This document shows positions 28,500 through 44,274 of a DNA stretch of 64,000 nucleotides, piece by piece. Made by a program: the position numbers and the translations under genes. Under the pieces are notes generated by a model. That model had not been told where the DNA came from. It was given only the letters and a program-made list of their open reading frames with translations, and searched no databases. Every line of letters begins with the position of its first letter. The first letter of the stretch is position 1. The stretch lies in assembly GCF_009914755.1 (NCBI RefSeq), contig NC_060930.1; one strand, written 5' to 3'. The DNA is from the human T2T-CHM13v2.0 reference genome, Homo sapiens.

Positions 28500-28585
28500 G
28501 GAACCATTTATGGAGTTTTATTTTGTGCCAGGAGTTATGCTACACAGTTGATTTCTGTAACACTCACAAGAACCTTGCACATGGT

Positions 28586-28620
<35 letters not shown>

Positions 28621-29020
28621 AGACGGAGTCTCACTCTGTCGCCCAGGCTGGAGGGCAGTGGCGCGATCTCGGCTCACGGCAAGCTCCGCCTCCCGGGTTC
28701 ACGCCATTCTCCTGTCTCAGCCTCCTGAGTAGCTGGGACTACAGGCGCCCGCCACCACGCCCGGCTAATTTTTTTGTATTTTTAGTAGAGACGGGGTTTC
28801 ACCGTGTTAGCCAGGATGGTCTGGATCTCCTGACCTCGTGATCCTCCCGCCTCCACCTCCCAAAGTGCTGGGATTACAGGTGTGAGCCACCGCGCCTGGC
28901 CACATGGTAGGTTCTTAACATCTCCAGTTAGAAGTTTTGTAAACGTGAGTCAAAAGAAATTAAGGAACTGGCTGAATGAAACAGTTCATGAGTTCAAGCC
29001 CAGATCTTCTAACAACAACT
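28500..29020 (-). mobile_element. MIR split by AluY
   Basis: CATTTATGGAG...TGTGCCAGG...CTCACAAGAACCTTG, resuming after the Alu with GAGTTCAAGCCCAGATCT. Confidence 0.55.
28589..28901 (-). mobile_element. AluY
   Basis: GCAAGCTCCGCC, GTTCACGCCATT, GTGTTAGCCAGGATGG; 31-nt poly(T); TSD ACATGGTAGGTT. Confidence 0.93.
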
Positions 29021-31052
29021 GGTTGTATCAGGCAATGTCACTTATTGAAAAGGACTGGAATCAGACTGGACTTCAAATTCTACCACTGTTCATTTCTAGC
29101 TAAGTCACCATACTAAGAATACTCTGCACAATATTGCTACTTATGGTTATTTCATATTTGTGACTTTTGTTAAGTAAACTTTTTACAATAGAGTTTTCAG
29201 ATTTAAAACAATTTGTTTAAGTGTCAGGCTAATATCTATATTCATTTCTGCATAAATAGAAAACATGACAGACATGACTATAATACTGGATTAGGCATTA
29301 TTCTAATGCTGGGTTATCAGTGTTCCTATATTAGTTTTTAAGTGTACATGGCAAAATATTATTCTAACAATATTTTAATTTTTCTTCAATGTCTGATTTC
29401 ATGCAGTTGTTTTAGTCTCAATTTAAATAATTATTTTCAAAAGTGCCTAAGAAGATTTTTAGAAATTGTTAAAGATAATCACTTTAAATGGAAAATCATT
29501 TGTTTTTCATTCCATTACTAAGTTGAGTGGATATATTAATGGGGACTAATGGTAAACTTAAAAATCAAGCTTTACAATATGTTTAGGACATTAAATAACA
29601 ATTTCCAAATATACTCAAACATTTATACATTTTCATAGTCCCATCATTTTAAAGTCATGTTTATTGGGATATACTTTAAACTCAATAAAGGTCAGCAATT
29701 TTGAGTGTGTCATGGAATCACTCTGACAAACATATGCAGTCATGGGACCATCCCCACAATCAAGAAATAGAACATTGCCATCACTATAAAAAGTTATCTT
29801 GTGCCTTTATGAAGTCAATCCCTTCTTACCACTAGTAGTCACTTCCAACATGGATGTATTCTCCCCTTATAATTTTGCCTTTTCCAATATCATATACATA
29901 GAGATCATATTTATATTTATCATGTTGTCTTCTGTGTCCAGCATCTTTCATGTGATCTTGAGACTCATTAATATTGTTGACTGTATCAATGGTTCAGCAC
30001 TTTAAGTGTCTGGATAGTATTTCATTGTACGGATTTACTCAATTTGCTTATCTGTTCACCTATTGAACATTTGTGTTGTTTCTAGATTTGGGACAGTGTT
30101 AACAAAGCTACTACAAATATTTGTGCACAGATTATTTTGTAGGGAAATATGTTTTTATTTCCCCTGGGAAATCCTATATCAAGGAATAAAATTGGTGGGT
30201 CATATGGTAAGTGTATGTTGATTTTCACAAAAATCTGCCAATCTGTTTTTTAAAAAAACAGCTGCACCATTTTGCATCCCCAATTCCTACACAAGCCTGC
30301 CAGCATGTGGTACTCTCAGAATTTTAATTTTAGCCTTTCTAGTGTCTGTGTAGTGGTATCTTCCTTTGATCCTAATGGCATTTCACTTGTAACTGAAGAT
30401 ATTGAGCATATTTTCATGTACAAATTCCCATTCATATATCTTCTTTGGTGAAGTAGCAATTCAAATATTTTGCCATCTCTTTATCAGATTGTCTGTCTTA
30501 TTGTTGACTTATAAGAGTTTTTAAATGTATAATAGATAGAACTTCTGTGCCAGGTATGTGTTTTGAAAATATTTTCTCCCAGTCTCTGGTTTGTTTCATT
30601 TTCTTAACTGTTTTTAGATAAGTACTACTTTTTAATTCTGAAGCCAGCCAACTTATGAATGACATGACAAACCTTTGCTTACCATATTGTCACAGATATT
30701 CCCTCCCATGTTTACTTTTAGACAATTTGTAGTTTTATCTGGTAACTTCAAACATCTAACCCATTTTAAGATAATTTTAGTATGGTATGAGATAAAGGTC
30801 AGGGTGTTTTGTTTTTGCATATAGCCTTCTAATTTTCCAACTAAATGCAAATGTTTGCATATTGCAACATTTGTGGAAAAGGTTATCATTTTCCCTTTGA
30901 ATTCAGTTGGCATGGTTATAAAAAATCAATTGGCCCTGTATAGATGTGCCTGTTCCTGGTACTTCTGTTCTATTCCATTTTTCCATATGTCTATTCTTAG
31001 TCAACATTCCTTTTAATACTGTAGCTTTCTAGTAATTCTCAAAATCATGTAA

Positions 31053-31368
<316 letters not shown>

Positions 31369-33308
31369 TTCATTCTTCTTTTTCAAAATGCTTTTGGCTA
31401 TATATTCCTTAATCTTTCATATAAAATTTTGAAGTCACCTCATTTACTTTCTATTTTAAGAAAGCATGCTGTGATTTTGATCACTATTATGTTAAATCTA
31501 TTGGTATATTTGAGGTAAGTTGGCATCTTAACAAATTTGATTCTTCTGATCCCTGGAACACAGGATAGTTCATAATTTATCTAGTACTTTATTTTCTCTC
31601 AGCAATATTTTATAATGTTTAGAAGTCTTATGCATATTTTGTTAAATATATTCTTAAATATTTTCTGGGTTTGATGCTACTATAATTGGTATGTTTTATA
31701 TTTCTATTTTGAGAATCGCTTTACTAATATATAGGAATATAGTGAAACTTTGTTTATTAAATTTGTTTTTTGTGACCTTGCTAAACATACTTAAAAGTTT
31801 TAGCAGGTTATTTCTAGAAATTCTTTTGGGAGTTCTTCATAAATTATCATGTTTCCTGAGAATATATAGATTTTTATTTTATTTCCAAACTGCATACCCA
31901 TTATTTCTTATAATTTAATATTTCTTACCTTACAGCAACTGGCTAAGTCTAGTACAAGGTTAAATTGGTGTAATGAGGACAGCATTCTTGCCTTGTTCAC
32001 ACTCTTAGGTGGAAAATATTCAGTCTTTTATCATGAAGTATAATGTTAGATACTGGTTCCTTATAGAATCTTCTGACTTTCATCAGGATGGAGAGGTTGT
32101 CTCCATTCCTAGTTTGCAAAAACTGATTATCATGAATTGGTGTTGAATTTTGCAAAATGCTTTTTCTGCCCCCATTAAGAAGATTTTTAAAAATTCTTGA
32201 TTAACTTGTTGTATGTTATGGTTTATTATACTAATTGACATTTGGATATTGAAATTAACTTTCATTCATGGCATATATCCAGTATGGTCATGGTAAATTA
32301 TCCTGTTTACATATGGCTTTTTATTTCCTAATATGGTAATTTTTATGTGCATGAGACATATTAGTCAATACTTTTTTTTGCAAACACTTTGTTTTGCTTC
32401 GGTATTAGGATAATTGAAGGACGCCTAAAATTTATAAGGAAGATTTTTTCCTCCTTTTTATTTTTTGGAAGAGTTTGTATAGGGTTGGTATTATTCCCTC
32501 CTTAAATATTTGGTAGAACTAATCAGTGAAGTAACCTTGGCCAAGATACTTGTCAGAGGATTTTAACTAAGAAATTAATTTCTGTACAGGATATAAAGTT
32601 TTATATTCTTTTTTGAGTAAGGTTTGATGATTTGTGTTTTTCAAGTATTTGTTCACTTCATCAAAATTATCAAGTTTACTGACAAAGAGTTCATCATAAC
32701 ATTCTCTTATCCTTGTAATGTCTGTAGCACATGCAGTTAGCCACCTCCTTCATTCCTCTCACAATTACTGAGAGGGGAGATTGATGTTCTCATCTGTAAT
32801 TGTAGATTTTTCTGTTTCTCTTTTTAGTTCTATCAGCTTTTACATTGTATATTTTGAATTTTGAATTTTTGCTGCATTCATATTTAGAATTGTTATGTCT
32901 GGTTGGGAAATTGATGTCTGGACATGTAGAATTTCCCTCTTCATCCCTGGTAATGTTTCTCATTCTGATATTTAGCTTGTCTGATACTAACAGAGCCTCT
33001 GCTAATTTCTTTTGCTTAGGATTTGCACAATGTAACTTTTTCTATCCTTTAACTTGTAACTCATGTATACCTTTCTATTTAAAGTATATTTCTTATAGAA
33101 AAATATAGTTGGATATTACTTCTATATCCAATATTACTATCTTGTCTTCTAGATGGGGCATTTAGACCTTTTGTATTAATCTAATTCTTCATGATGGTTG
33201 AGAATTGACCCGCCATCTTGCTATTCATTTTCTATTTTCTCTAAATGTAATTTATTCCTTTTGCCCTTTTTCCTGCCTTATTTTGAAATAATTAAATATA
33301 TTTTATGA

Positions 33309-33690
<382 letters not shown>

Positions 33691-36235
33691 GGGGCTTATA
33701 TACATTTTTAAATGATCACAGTCACATATAAAAAAAACCTCTTCACATAATTTCTAAGAAACTTCCCAATATATGGTTTCATTTCCTCCCCACTTCCTTG
33801 TTTTTGTCATACATTTGAACTCTACATATTGTAAATCCTGCAAAGCATTATTATTAATCTTTAGACATTTTTCTTTAAAAGGTATTATAAATAAAAAAAA
33901 GGTCATTCATATTTGCTCACGTTTTTCGTATTTCTGTTTCTCTTTATTTCTTTCTGTATTTCCACATTTCCATCTTATATTATCCTCTTATGGACTTCAT
34001 TAAAATATTTTTTAATTTAGATATGCTGGCCACAATATCACTCATGATTTGATTTTCTGAAAAAAGAAAAAAAAAATCAAAACTCTTTGCTTTAACTTTT
34101 AGAGGATATTTTCACATGTTGTATAAATTTGTAGATTTTCAGGTTTCTCATTTGGTACTTTAAACACGTGACTCTATTCTCTTGTGATTTGCATCAGTTC
34201 TGATGACAGCCTGATGTCTTCTCATCTTTGTCTCTCTCTGTTGGTACTTTTTTGTTCTTCTTTGATCCCTGGATGCCTTCAAAATGTTTCTTCTCTTTGA
34301 TTTCTAGTAGTCTGATAATGATAAATTTAGAGTTTTTCTTTAATCCTGCTAGTGGTTACTTGAGATTTTTGGATCTGTGGTTGGTTTCCTTTCATTACAT
34401 TTGTCTATTTCTTGGTCACTATATCTTCAATGTTTCTTTTGTCCCACTTTCTCTTCTCCTTTTGAAATTCCAGTTACATGTATATAAGACCTTTTGACAC
34501 GGCTCTTGGATTTTTGTTCCATTTTATTCCTTCTTTCTCTCTGAGTTTCAATTTGAAAAATTTCTATTGACCTGTCTTCAGCTTCCTCCATTTTCTTCCT
34601 CTAGGCACATCAATTTGGTGTCTAGCTTTCTGGCATGCCTGTCAAAGGAATTCTTTATCTCTGACATTGTCTTTTCTTTCTTAGCGTATTCAATGGACAC
34701 ATTTTAATCGCCCTTCTCTCAATGCTCAGCGTGCCTATTTGTTCCTAATTATTTCCCCACAGTAGACTGCTGTTGTTTGTTACTCAATGAGAGGCTTCTG
34801 GGGGGAAGTCTTTTGGGGGAGGGGGAAGGTGCCATTGTCCGGTCCATCCTTAGTCATCGTCAGGCCTTGTGCTTCTGAACTTCAGAGGTGGGGCTTTCTC
34901 GCCATCCTGCCTCCCCGACAAGGTGCCAGTCTCTGCGGCATGTCAGTGGGGGTGCTTGAGTACAAGTGTCTTTTTGTTCTTGTCTAGTGTCAGCTGAAGT
35001 CTCCTTTGTTTCAGAGCAGGGCTGTGTCCATGAGTGTGTTTTCCCCACACCTCTCCTATTAGCAGATCAACATTACATTGTGAATAACAGATGGAGACGT
35101 GCAGGTTTTCCACCCTCCCCTGAAGCTCCTGGCCTTGGCCTAAGACTAGATGGCAGCAGCATTTCCTGGCTGTCCCCAAGCAGCACATGGCATTTGCTTC
35201 CTATGAGAGAAGAGTCCACGGTGTTGACAGTTCGGTGTCTGTCTCCTGCAGTAGCTGCTCACCATCTGTGTGTCTGGGATGGCTCTGGGCTTCAGTCTTC
35301 CCCATAAGCATTCAGTGGTAGCTGCAGGCACAAAGGAGCCGGTGAATGGTTGCTGACTCCTTTAGGAGCACACTCTTCCTTTAACCATTTGCTGAAGACA
35401 TTTTTCTTGCCTGGTATCATGCTTGCTGCTACCACTTCCTCTGCTGCTCCAAAAGAGGAAACAATTTATGTGCCCCTCTGCCCTCTGAGGGGCTTGTCAC
35501 ATATTGGAATCCAGTTCACTTGATTGCTTTGGCTCTCTGATGGGCTGAAATAGTTATAATTTTATAGTATTTCTGGCTGCTACTCATTGTTAGAGTGGGA
35601 GCAAAGTTCTACTGCAGTTTTCTACATCCAAAGTGAAACTGAAACCATGCAATCTCACTTTTAGAAGGTATAAGCACAAGAATGCCTAAATAGCACTATT
35701 CTAAGGAAACTGATTTACATTAAAAGTGATGGCTTTGACACAGTTCCACATTTTTTGTCTCTTCAGAATAAATCAGGCAAAAGAATTGTTCTCTGCGACG
35801 CACCTCAAGTTAAATTTCTTTTGAGTTGAATATGACCAACTTTTTAAAACTTCCTTTAGTTTGATTTATTACATACCTGGAATTTTTGATTTTTAAATCT
35901 GTTCTCTTAACTTCTCTACTGGTCTTCTTTCTTTTTGTCTAAATTTCAACTTTCAACCACCCATTCACATCAGTGTATTACCATATATCTTCTAATTGTG
36001 TTGAATCAAATCCTGTAGCATGTACAAATTACTGTAGATGAATGCCACAGCTTCTCATGGGAACAAACTCAAAGTAAATATAAAGAGACATAATGCATTA
36101 TGTTCCCCTTAAAGCTCCTGATTGATTTTGAAAAGGTTGTGGGCATGAGATCCAATGACGATTTTCATTGTTAGTGCCATATGTTAAAAATGGTATAGAA
36201 ATGTTCATTTTGGAAAGAGCACACAAAAACGAATT

Positions 36236-36384
36236 GGCTGGGCTCAGTGGTACACACATGTAGTCCCAGCTACTTAGGAGGCTGAGAAATTGGGAGGCTG
36301 AGATGGGAGGATTGCTTGAGCCCAGGAGTTTAAGGCCAGCCTGGGCAACACAGTGAGACCCTGTTTCTAAAAACAAAAGAAAAC
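36236..36384 (+). mobile_element. FLAM-type Alu monomer with a short internal duplication
   Basis: Monomer GGCTGGGCTCAGTGG...TTGAGCCCAGGAGTTTAAGGCCAGCCTGGGCAAC plus A-rich tail; GGAGGCTGAGA repeated. Confidence 0.75.
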
Positions 36385-39300
36385 ATTGATATTTCTATAC
36401 TATAAATTAACATTTGGCAACTAAAACAAGATTAAAAAATAAAAGTTACTGCGTAACATCAAAGGGAGGAATGGAGTGAACCAATGTTGTTAGATTCAAA
36501 GGCAATATGTACATTCTGTCACATGCAATGCAAAAGATGCATGGAGTTTGTGAGGAAATGCATAATATAACAATGTATTTTCAAAATTTACTACGGGGTT
36601 TGCAATTTCTTGATAACAAGAAGCATTGGAATCTGCAACTTGCAGGGGCATTTTTTTGTGTTTTTCTTACTTTTGAAAAGGAGGTGAGAATTTTTAAAAA
36701 TAAAGTGGCATCTTGTCATTATGACTCGAACTTTGTGTGTATTTAGTATTTAGTCACGCCTAAATTGATGTCAGCTAAAGGTTATTTGTAAAAACACAAT
36801 TCTTGACTGTTTTTTTCATTTTGTTCCATTAGCCTACCATTAGAAACATAATTTATAAATGCATTCACTGGTACTTTTAAATAATACATGAAGATCCAAC
36901 AACAGTACTTGAATTTTTAGGAGTTGAGCTATTTTTTAAGCTCTTTTTTTTCTTTTAAAAAAAAAACACTTCTGGTATAGTAAATTCTTTCTTGTTTCTT
37001 AGGTGTTTTATAAACTTGTTTACAAAAATATAGCACAGAATATTAGGAAATATCTTGGAAGTTTTATAAAAGCAATCATTTATTTTTTAAGTTTTTATTT
37101 ACTTTCATTTTTTCAGGGTGTGTGGATGTGAAAACAATAAGGATATTTTTTATTAATACTATTTTTTAAAATAATGAGCACTCACATAGAAAATTATTGT
37201 GAATATTAATTTTCTTATATATTTGCATGGAAGCATTCTATTTCTGGAAATTTCCTTATTGTTTTAGATGACAAAGTACATTTTTGTGAGATACATGAAT
37301 TAAAACAGTTTAGGCAATTCAACATTATGTGAGATTTCATTAAACATAAAGATCTCTGAATAATATCTCATTTGGGCCATGATGATTTATAAAAACTTAA
37401 TACCATATTTGATAAATCATGTGAACTTGAATTATTAGTGACACAGCTCTTTGGATAAAGACTTGAATCATAAAGTTAACAAAAGCATGTAAACTGACAC
37501 TATTGAAAAAGATATGCATTTTTTGGCTCATAATCTCAACTGTGTTTTACTTACATGTACATAAAGTGACTATCACTCTTTTCTCTACGATCAATGTATT
37601 CTCTACCCTGAGTGAGAGTTTGTATGCAAGCAAGAATGTACTAGAAAACATCCTGCTTTTGAGCACTAAGACATTTTTCTGACCTCTCTTCCTATGTTAA
37701 AGGGGATATCATTTTGAAGCAGTTTGGTTTCCTGTTTGGGTTTGTTTTATTATCATTAGCTTTGACATTACTCCTTAAAATTTATAATGTAGAAATCCTT
37801 TCCATATCAGCTATTAGTTAAGCAAATTTTCTTTCCTTGTTTTAAAAGTTTATATTGAAATGCATTTAAGTTAACAAAAATTTGCAAAAATAGTACAGTG
37901 ACTTCTTATATACTATTAGCAATGTATTCCGTTTTCCGTTGCTTTGTATCCTCTCCAGTGAATTGGTTTGGCAGCTTCTTCTTTTGTAATTTGTTTTGCT
38001 TTTTGTTTTTAAATTAAACATTCTAATCAATGCTTAGTGATATTTTATTTTGATTTTGATTGCATATCCTTAGTGACTAATGATGTGAGACATCTTTTTA
38101 TATTATTGCTTACAATTAATATACTTTATTTGGTTAAATATTTTTTAATTGGGTTGTTTGGCTTTCTGTTGTTGATTTTTGAGAGTTCTGTATAGATTTT
38201 AGATATGAATTCTAGATTAGAGATGTGATTTGCAAATGTTTTCTTAGTCTGTGGCTAGTTTACTCATGCTATTATGTCTCTTTTGCAAAACCAACACTTT
38301 AAATTTTGTTAAAAAACAGCTAATACGTTTTTTAAAAAGTTATGCTAAGCACTTATGCAGTCATATTTGAAACCCCTTTCCCTTGCCCAAGGTTATCTAA
38401 TATTTCTCCTGTATTTTCTTCTAAAAGTTTTGTAGTTTTATGTTTTACATTTAGGCTTATAATTCATTTTAAAAATTGTATTAATATGAGGCAAAAATTA
38501 AGAGGCTTTGTTTGTTTGCTTGCTTTCTGTTTTTTGGGCTTCTGGACTTCTAACTTTCCAGCATTACTTTTTGAAAGAGTTATTACTTCTCCACAGAACT
38601 GTCTTTGGACATTTGTAAAAATCAATTGACTATTTCTGTATCTTTCTTTGTGGACTCCCCATTCTGTCTAAATGATCTAAAATCTATTCTTACCCCCAAT
38701 ATCATACTGTCTTGATTATTGTAACATTCAAATAGCTTTGAAATCTGATGATAGAAGTTCTCTAATTTTGTTTTCTCAAAATTTTTTGGGGTCCTCTTTA
38801 TTTTTTATACCGAGATCTTAGCATTTGCTTGTTGATATGTTCAAGTCAGGCTGCTGAGGTTTTCCTGGTATTTCATTGAAGTTGATCAATCTATATCTCA
38901 ATTAACATTGAAGAAAATTTAGTCTTTCAATACATGGACACTTAGTATCTAGCTCCATTTATTTAGTTAAAAAATTTTTTTTCTACAGTTTTATATTTTA
39001 CAATATAAATACTCATATTTTTTACCTCAATTATTTATTTTATTTTTAAAGTTATTTTAAATGGTTGTTTTTGAATTCAAATTTCTATTATTCATTACTA
39101 GTCTCTAGCAATTTCTTTTTGTGTACTGACCATGCATCCTAAATCCTCGAAAAACTTTGGCTTCTTTTGTAGCTATTCCATTGAATTTGAAATAGGCAGT
39201 TATCATCTAGAAACAGAAACAGTTTTATTTTCCCCTTCCTAATTGATATGCCTTTTATTTTTTTATTTGTTTTACTTGCCTTAGGGCACTGGTTATGATT

Positions 39301-40610
39301 TGCAGTCTGTTGAATAGGAGTGGTGAGATTAGTAGCCTCGTGCTGTCTCAGGAAACAATCTTTCACCTGAGTGTGATGTTAACTATAGTTTTTGGAGATA
39401 CCTGTCAGATTAAGGAAGTTTCCTTTTAATCTTTGTTTGCTGAGATTTTGTTTTTTAGTATTAAAGGAGAATAAATTTTGCCAAATGCTTTTCATATCTT
39501 AATTGAGATGATCATTTGTTTTCCCTTTATGCTGTATTCTCTTACCATGGTGAATTTCATTGATTGTTTTTTTAAAGTATGAATTAAGCCTTGCACACCT
39601 GGGATAAATGTAGTTGGTTAAGATTAATATTCTTATATATCACTGAATTCAATTTGCTAATATTTTGTTGAATTTTTGCATGTCTACATTTATGAGTGTC
39701 ATTGGTTTGCAGTAACCTTTCCTTATAATGTCTTTGCTTTTAGTTTTGCTATGATCTAAAAAATGGCTTGGGAAGTATTCTCTCCCTTCTTACACACTGA
39801 TAGAAATTGTGTAAATTTGGATTTAAATATTTGAGAGAATTAAACAGTGAAACAATCTGGGCTTAGGGCTTTCTTTATTGGAATGTTCTAAGGTATAATT
39901 TGTAATTCCTTAGAATATATAGGACTATTAATCTATTTCTTTTTGAGTGAGTTTTGGTCATTTGCCTTTGCCCTATTAAAATTCTTTTATCCTTCTTTTG
40001 ATATCTATGGTGTCTGTAGTTTTGTTTCCACTTTTATTTTTGTTAATGGTAATTTGTATCTACCTTTATTTCATAGTCAATCTGTCTAGTTTTCCCAATT
40101 GGTACATAATTTCAGATTCAGCTTTTGCTTTCATTCTTTTTTATTGTGTTTCTGTTTTCCTTTTATTAATTTCCAGTTATGTTTATTATTTCCTTTTGTC
40201 CACTTACTTTGGATTTGATTTGCCTTTTTGTTTCTAGTGTCATATAGTAGAAGCACAGATTTCTTATTGGAGGCCTTTGTTTCTAACATAAGCAATTAAT
40301 GCTATACATTTCTCTTTAAGGACTGCTTTAGCTATATATCACACATTTCAATGTGTTGTGTTCAGTGTGTTAAGTTCAAAATATTTCAAAGTTTTGTTCC
40401 ATATTTCCTTTTTAATTTAAGTTTCACTTAGAAGTATGCAAGTATGTTTTACTTTAATCACCAGCTATTTGGGGATTTTTTTTTTTTTTGCTATCTCTTG
40501 TTATTAATTTTTTGTTTAATTCTCTAATGATCCAAGAAGACACTTTACATTGTTTCTAGACTTTTAAATTTTCTGCGGCTTGTTCTATGGCACTGTACAG
40601 AGTGCAGATC

Positions 40611-41051
40611 CAAAACCCAACACACCCTAAAGCTGCTGACCATGATCAAGCATAGTGCTCAACACCAGGGTTATGTAAATTAGTTTCCTCCTTCATTAAT
40701 GTTTTCTTTATACTACCCAATTGGCAACTCTTGCTGGAAAACCTAAGGGAAAACACCCATGGACCTTAATACAGCCACAGTCCCATAGGTCCTCTCTCTC
40801 TCTGGCTCTCACTCTCTCATTTTCTCTCTCCTCACTCACTGGCTGAGCTCTCTGCCAGCCTCAGCCTTTCTATTGGCCTCCTGTCAGTACTCCCATCTCT
40901 GTGAGACCCATGAGTAATACATTTTGTCTGCTTCATGCATTTTGATTTTACTTTCTCATTGTGTCTCATGTGACACACGCTCTGAACCTAAATCTCTCAA
41001 CAGAGCTCTCTTACGTAGTGCCGATCTTAGCTTATGGTTGTCTTCAAGAGA
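40611..41051 (+). repeat. Partial direct copy of the MER73-like LTR segment 43784-44220
   Basis: About 440 bp with about 31 substitutions and one 4-bp indel (about 92-93% identity); lacks both LTR termini. Confidence 0.92.
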
Positions 41052-41241
41052 ATGCTCCATATATCCTCAGAAAGTATGTGCATTCTATCATTTTGGGGTA
41101 GTGAGTTCTATAAGTGTCATTAGTCAATTTTGTTGACAGTATTTTTTTTTCTTTTCTGTAATACTGAGTTTTTATTTGTTCTATTAATTATTGAGAGATG
41201 ATATTCAAATCTGTAACTATAATTGAAGGCTTGCCTATTTC

Positions 41242-41544
41242 TTTTATTTTCTTTTTCTTTTTTTGAGACAGAGTCTCACTCTGTCATCCAGGCTGGAGTG
41301 GAGTAGTGCAATCCAGCTCACTGCAGCCTTGACCACCGGCCTCAGCAATCCTCCCACCTCAGCCTCCCAGGTAGCTGGGACTACAGGTGCACACCACCAT
41401 GCCTGGCTAATCTTTTTGATTTTTTGTGGAGACAGAGTTTTATCGTGTTGCCCAGGCTAGTCTCCAACTCCTAGGCTCAAGCCATCTGCTCACTTCAGCC
41501 TCCCAAAATGCTAGGATTACAGGAGTGAGCCATTGTACCTGGAC
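41242..41544 (-). mobile_element. AluJ
   Basis: CACTGCAGCCTTGACC, CTAGGCTCAAGCCATC; TSD TTGCCTATTYCTTT. Confidence 0.88.
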
Positions 41545-42469
41545 TTGCCTATTCCTTTAATCAATTTTTTCATGAATCATGAAACTTTGTTTTTAGATGC
41601 ATGCACATTCAGGATTATAATAAATTCTATATTTTTAAAATTATGCAATGGTAATTTTTTTCCTGATAATATTTCGTGGTCTGATGTCAACTTAAAGCTA
41701 CATTTATTAGGTTAGTATTTGCATGGTATGCATTTTCCTAGACTTTTAATTTTAGCCTATGTCTTTATATTTAAAGTAAGTTTCTTTTAGACACATGAGT
41801 ATTGCTTTTTAATCCAATTTGACAATCTTTATCTATTAGTTGTGTTTAAATTATTCACAAATGAATATTTATATATTTTTATTAAGATATATTACCTTAC
41901 TCTTTTCTATTTTCTATGTTCTTTGTTTTTATATTTCTGTCTTAATTTGATTCAATTGATCATCTTTTATAATTACTTTTTTCTTCTATATTAACTTGTT
42001 TTGTATGTCTTTTTGTAAAATGTATCTCATGACTGCCTTGAGGTTGATAATATAGATTTTTAACTAATAAAATTCTACCTTCAAATCGTTTTTTACTGTT
42101 TCATATATGCCTCATTATATAGTTTTCTCTCATCTTTTGTGTTATGATTGTCTTATATTTTAGTTTTAAATCTGCTTTAAACACACAATACCTAATGATA
42201 GCTATGTATTTAGTTTGGGTAGCGAAATACCTTTTAGAACAAGTGAAACATTAAAATAATAAAATAAAAAATTAACCTCTATTTATTACATTTTCAACAC
42301 TTTTTTTTGCATAAATCCAAAGCTCACTCCGGTATTACAGTGTTTTTTCAAAACATTCTTTTAATATATTAGCAGTGTACGTCTGTGGGAAATTCATTAT
42401 CTTGATTTTTAAATTCTGAGAAAGTCTTCATTTTCCTTTATTGTTGAGGAACATTTTTGCTGAGTATAG

Positions 42470-42855
<386 letters not shown>

Positions 42856-43127
42856 TTCATGGTTTCTTTTAAGTAGTATCCTATAATTTGTTCCTCTTTA
42901 TGTAATGTGTCTCTTTTGTCATTTTTGTCTTCAGAAATTTTTCTTTGTGTTTAATTTTCAGAAACACAATATTCATAAAATATAATATTTCTGAATATAT
43001 CGTTCCTGGGTGGGATATTATTTTGTTTATTTATTTGTTTTTTGTTTATTTGGTGTTTATCTTACTTTGTGTTCTCTGGTATTCGTGGTTCTATAGATTG
43101 ATGCCTGCCGTTAATTTTGGTGCTTTC

Positions 43128-43452
43128 ATAGATAGACAGATAGATAGATAGATAGATAGATTTGTATTGAGATATGTTACCTTGCTTACTGTTTTCTATT
43201 TTCTATGTTGTTTTATTTTTATATTTCTGTCTTCTTTGGTTTCAATTGATTATTTTTTTTGAATAATTACTTTTTTCTTCTATAAGAACTTAATTTTTAT
43301 ACCTTTTAAAAAATATATTTCCTGGTTTCCTTGAGGTTGTTAACATATGTTTTTAACTAATAAAATTCTATCTTCAAATTATATTTTACTACTTCATATA
43401 TAGTGTGTAGACTATCTATCTATCTATGTGTCTATCTGTCTATCATCTATCT
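43128..43452. repeat. (GATA)n, then a direct copy of 41876-42108, then (TATC)n
   Basis: Microsatellites at 43128-43161 and 43412-43452 in opposite orientation flank a copy of about 240 bp at about 80% identity. Confidence 0.8.
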
Positions 43453-43627
43453 GTTCTCTCTATTTTAAGATTTCAGTTAACCATTTATTGAGTCATTCCA
43501 TATTGTCCCACAATTTTTATATGCTATGTAATTTTTTCTATCCTTTCTAACCTTTAAAATTGAGTTTGGGTAAATTGTATTCATCTATTTCAAGTTCACT
43601 GACTTTTTTTTTTCTCATTTTTACTAA

Positions 43628-44274
43628 TGTCATAAATTTATTTAATATAGTTGCTGCCTTAGCATCCATTTTGAGGCCTGACATGTTACTTGAAACTCAG
43701 TCATACCCCATCAACTTTGGTCTAGTTTAAACTTCCCTCCCTTTGTTTTCCATGCAGTCTGTTTGTTCCTTATCTCACTGACACAAAACCCAACACACCC
43801 CAAAGCTGCTGACTATGATCAAGCATGATGCTCAACACCAGGGTTATGTAAATTAGTTTCCTCCTTCATTAACGTTTTCCTTAAATTACCCAATTCACAA
43901 CTGCTGCTGGAAAGCCTAAGGGAAAACACCCATGGACCTTAATACAGACACAGTCCCATAGGTCCTCTCTCTCTCTGGCTCTCACTCATTTTCTGTCTCC
44001 TCACTCACTGGCTGAGCTCTCTGCCAGCCTCAGCCTTTCTATTGGCCGCCTGTCAGTACTCCTACCTCTCTGAGACCCACGAGTAATAAATTTTGTCTGC
44101 TTCATGCATTTTGATTTTACTTTCTCATTGTGTCTCACGTGACACACACTCTGAACCTAACTCTCTCATCAGAGCTCTCTTAGAGAGTGCCTATCTTGGT
44201 TTATGGTTGTCTTCAAGAGAGAGACCTCAAGACAAAATACTGCTACAGTTCCTGACACTATAAAAATTGTAACA
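43628..44274 (+). mobile_element. MER73-like ERVL solo LTR
   Basis: TG...CA termini; GCTGCCTTAGCATCCATTTT, CAAAACCCAACACACCCC, CCCATGGACCTTAATA; AATAAA signal. Family name recalled from memory. Confidence 0.7.
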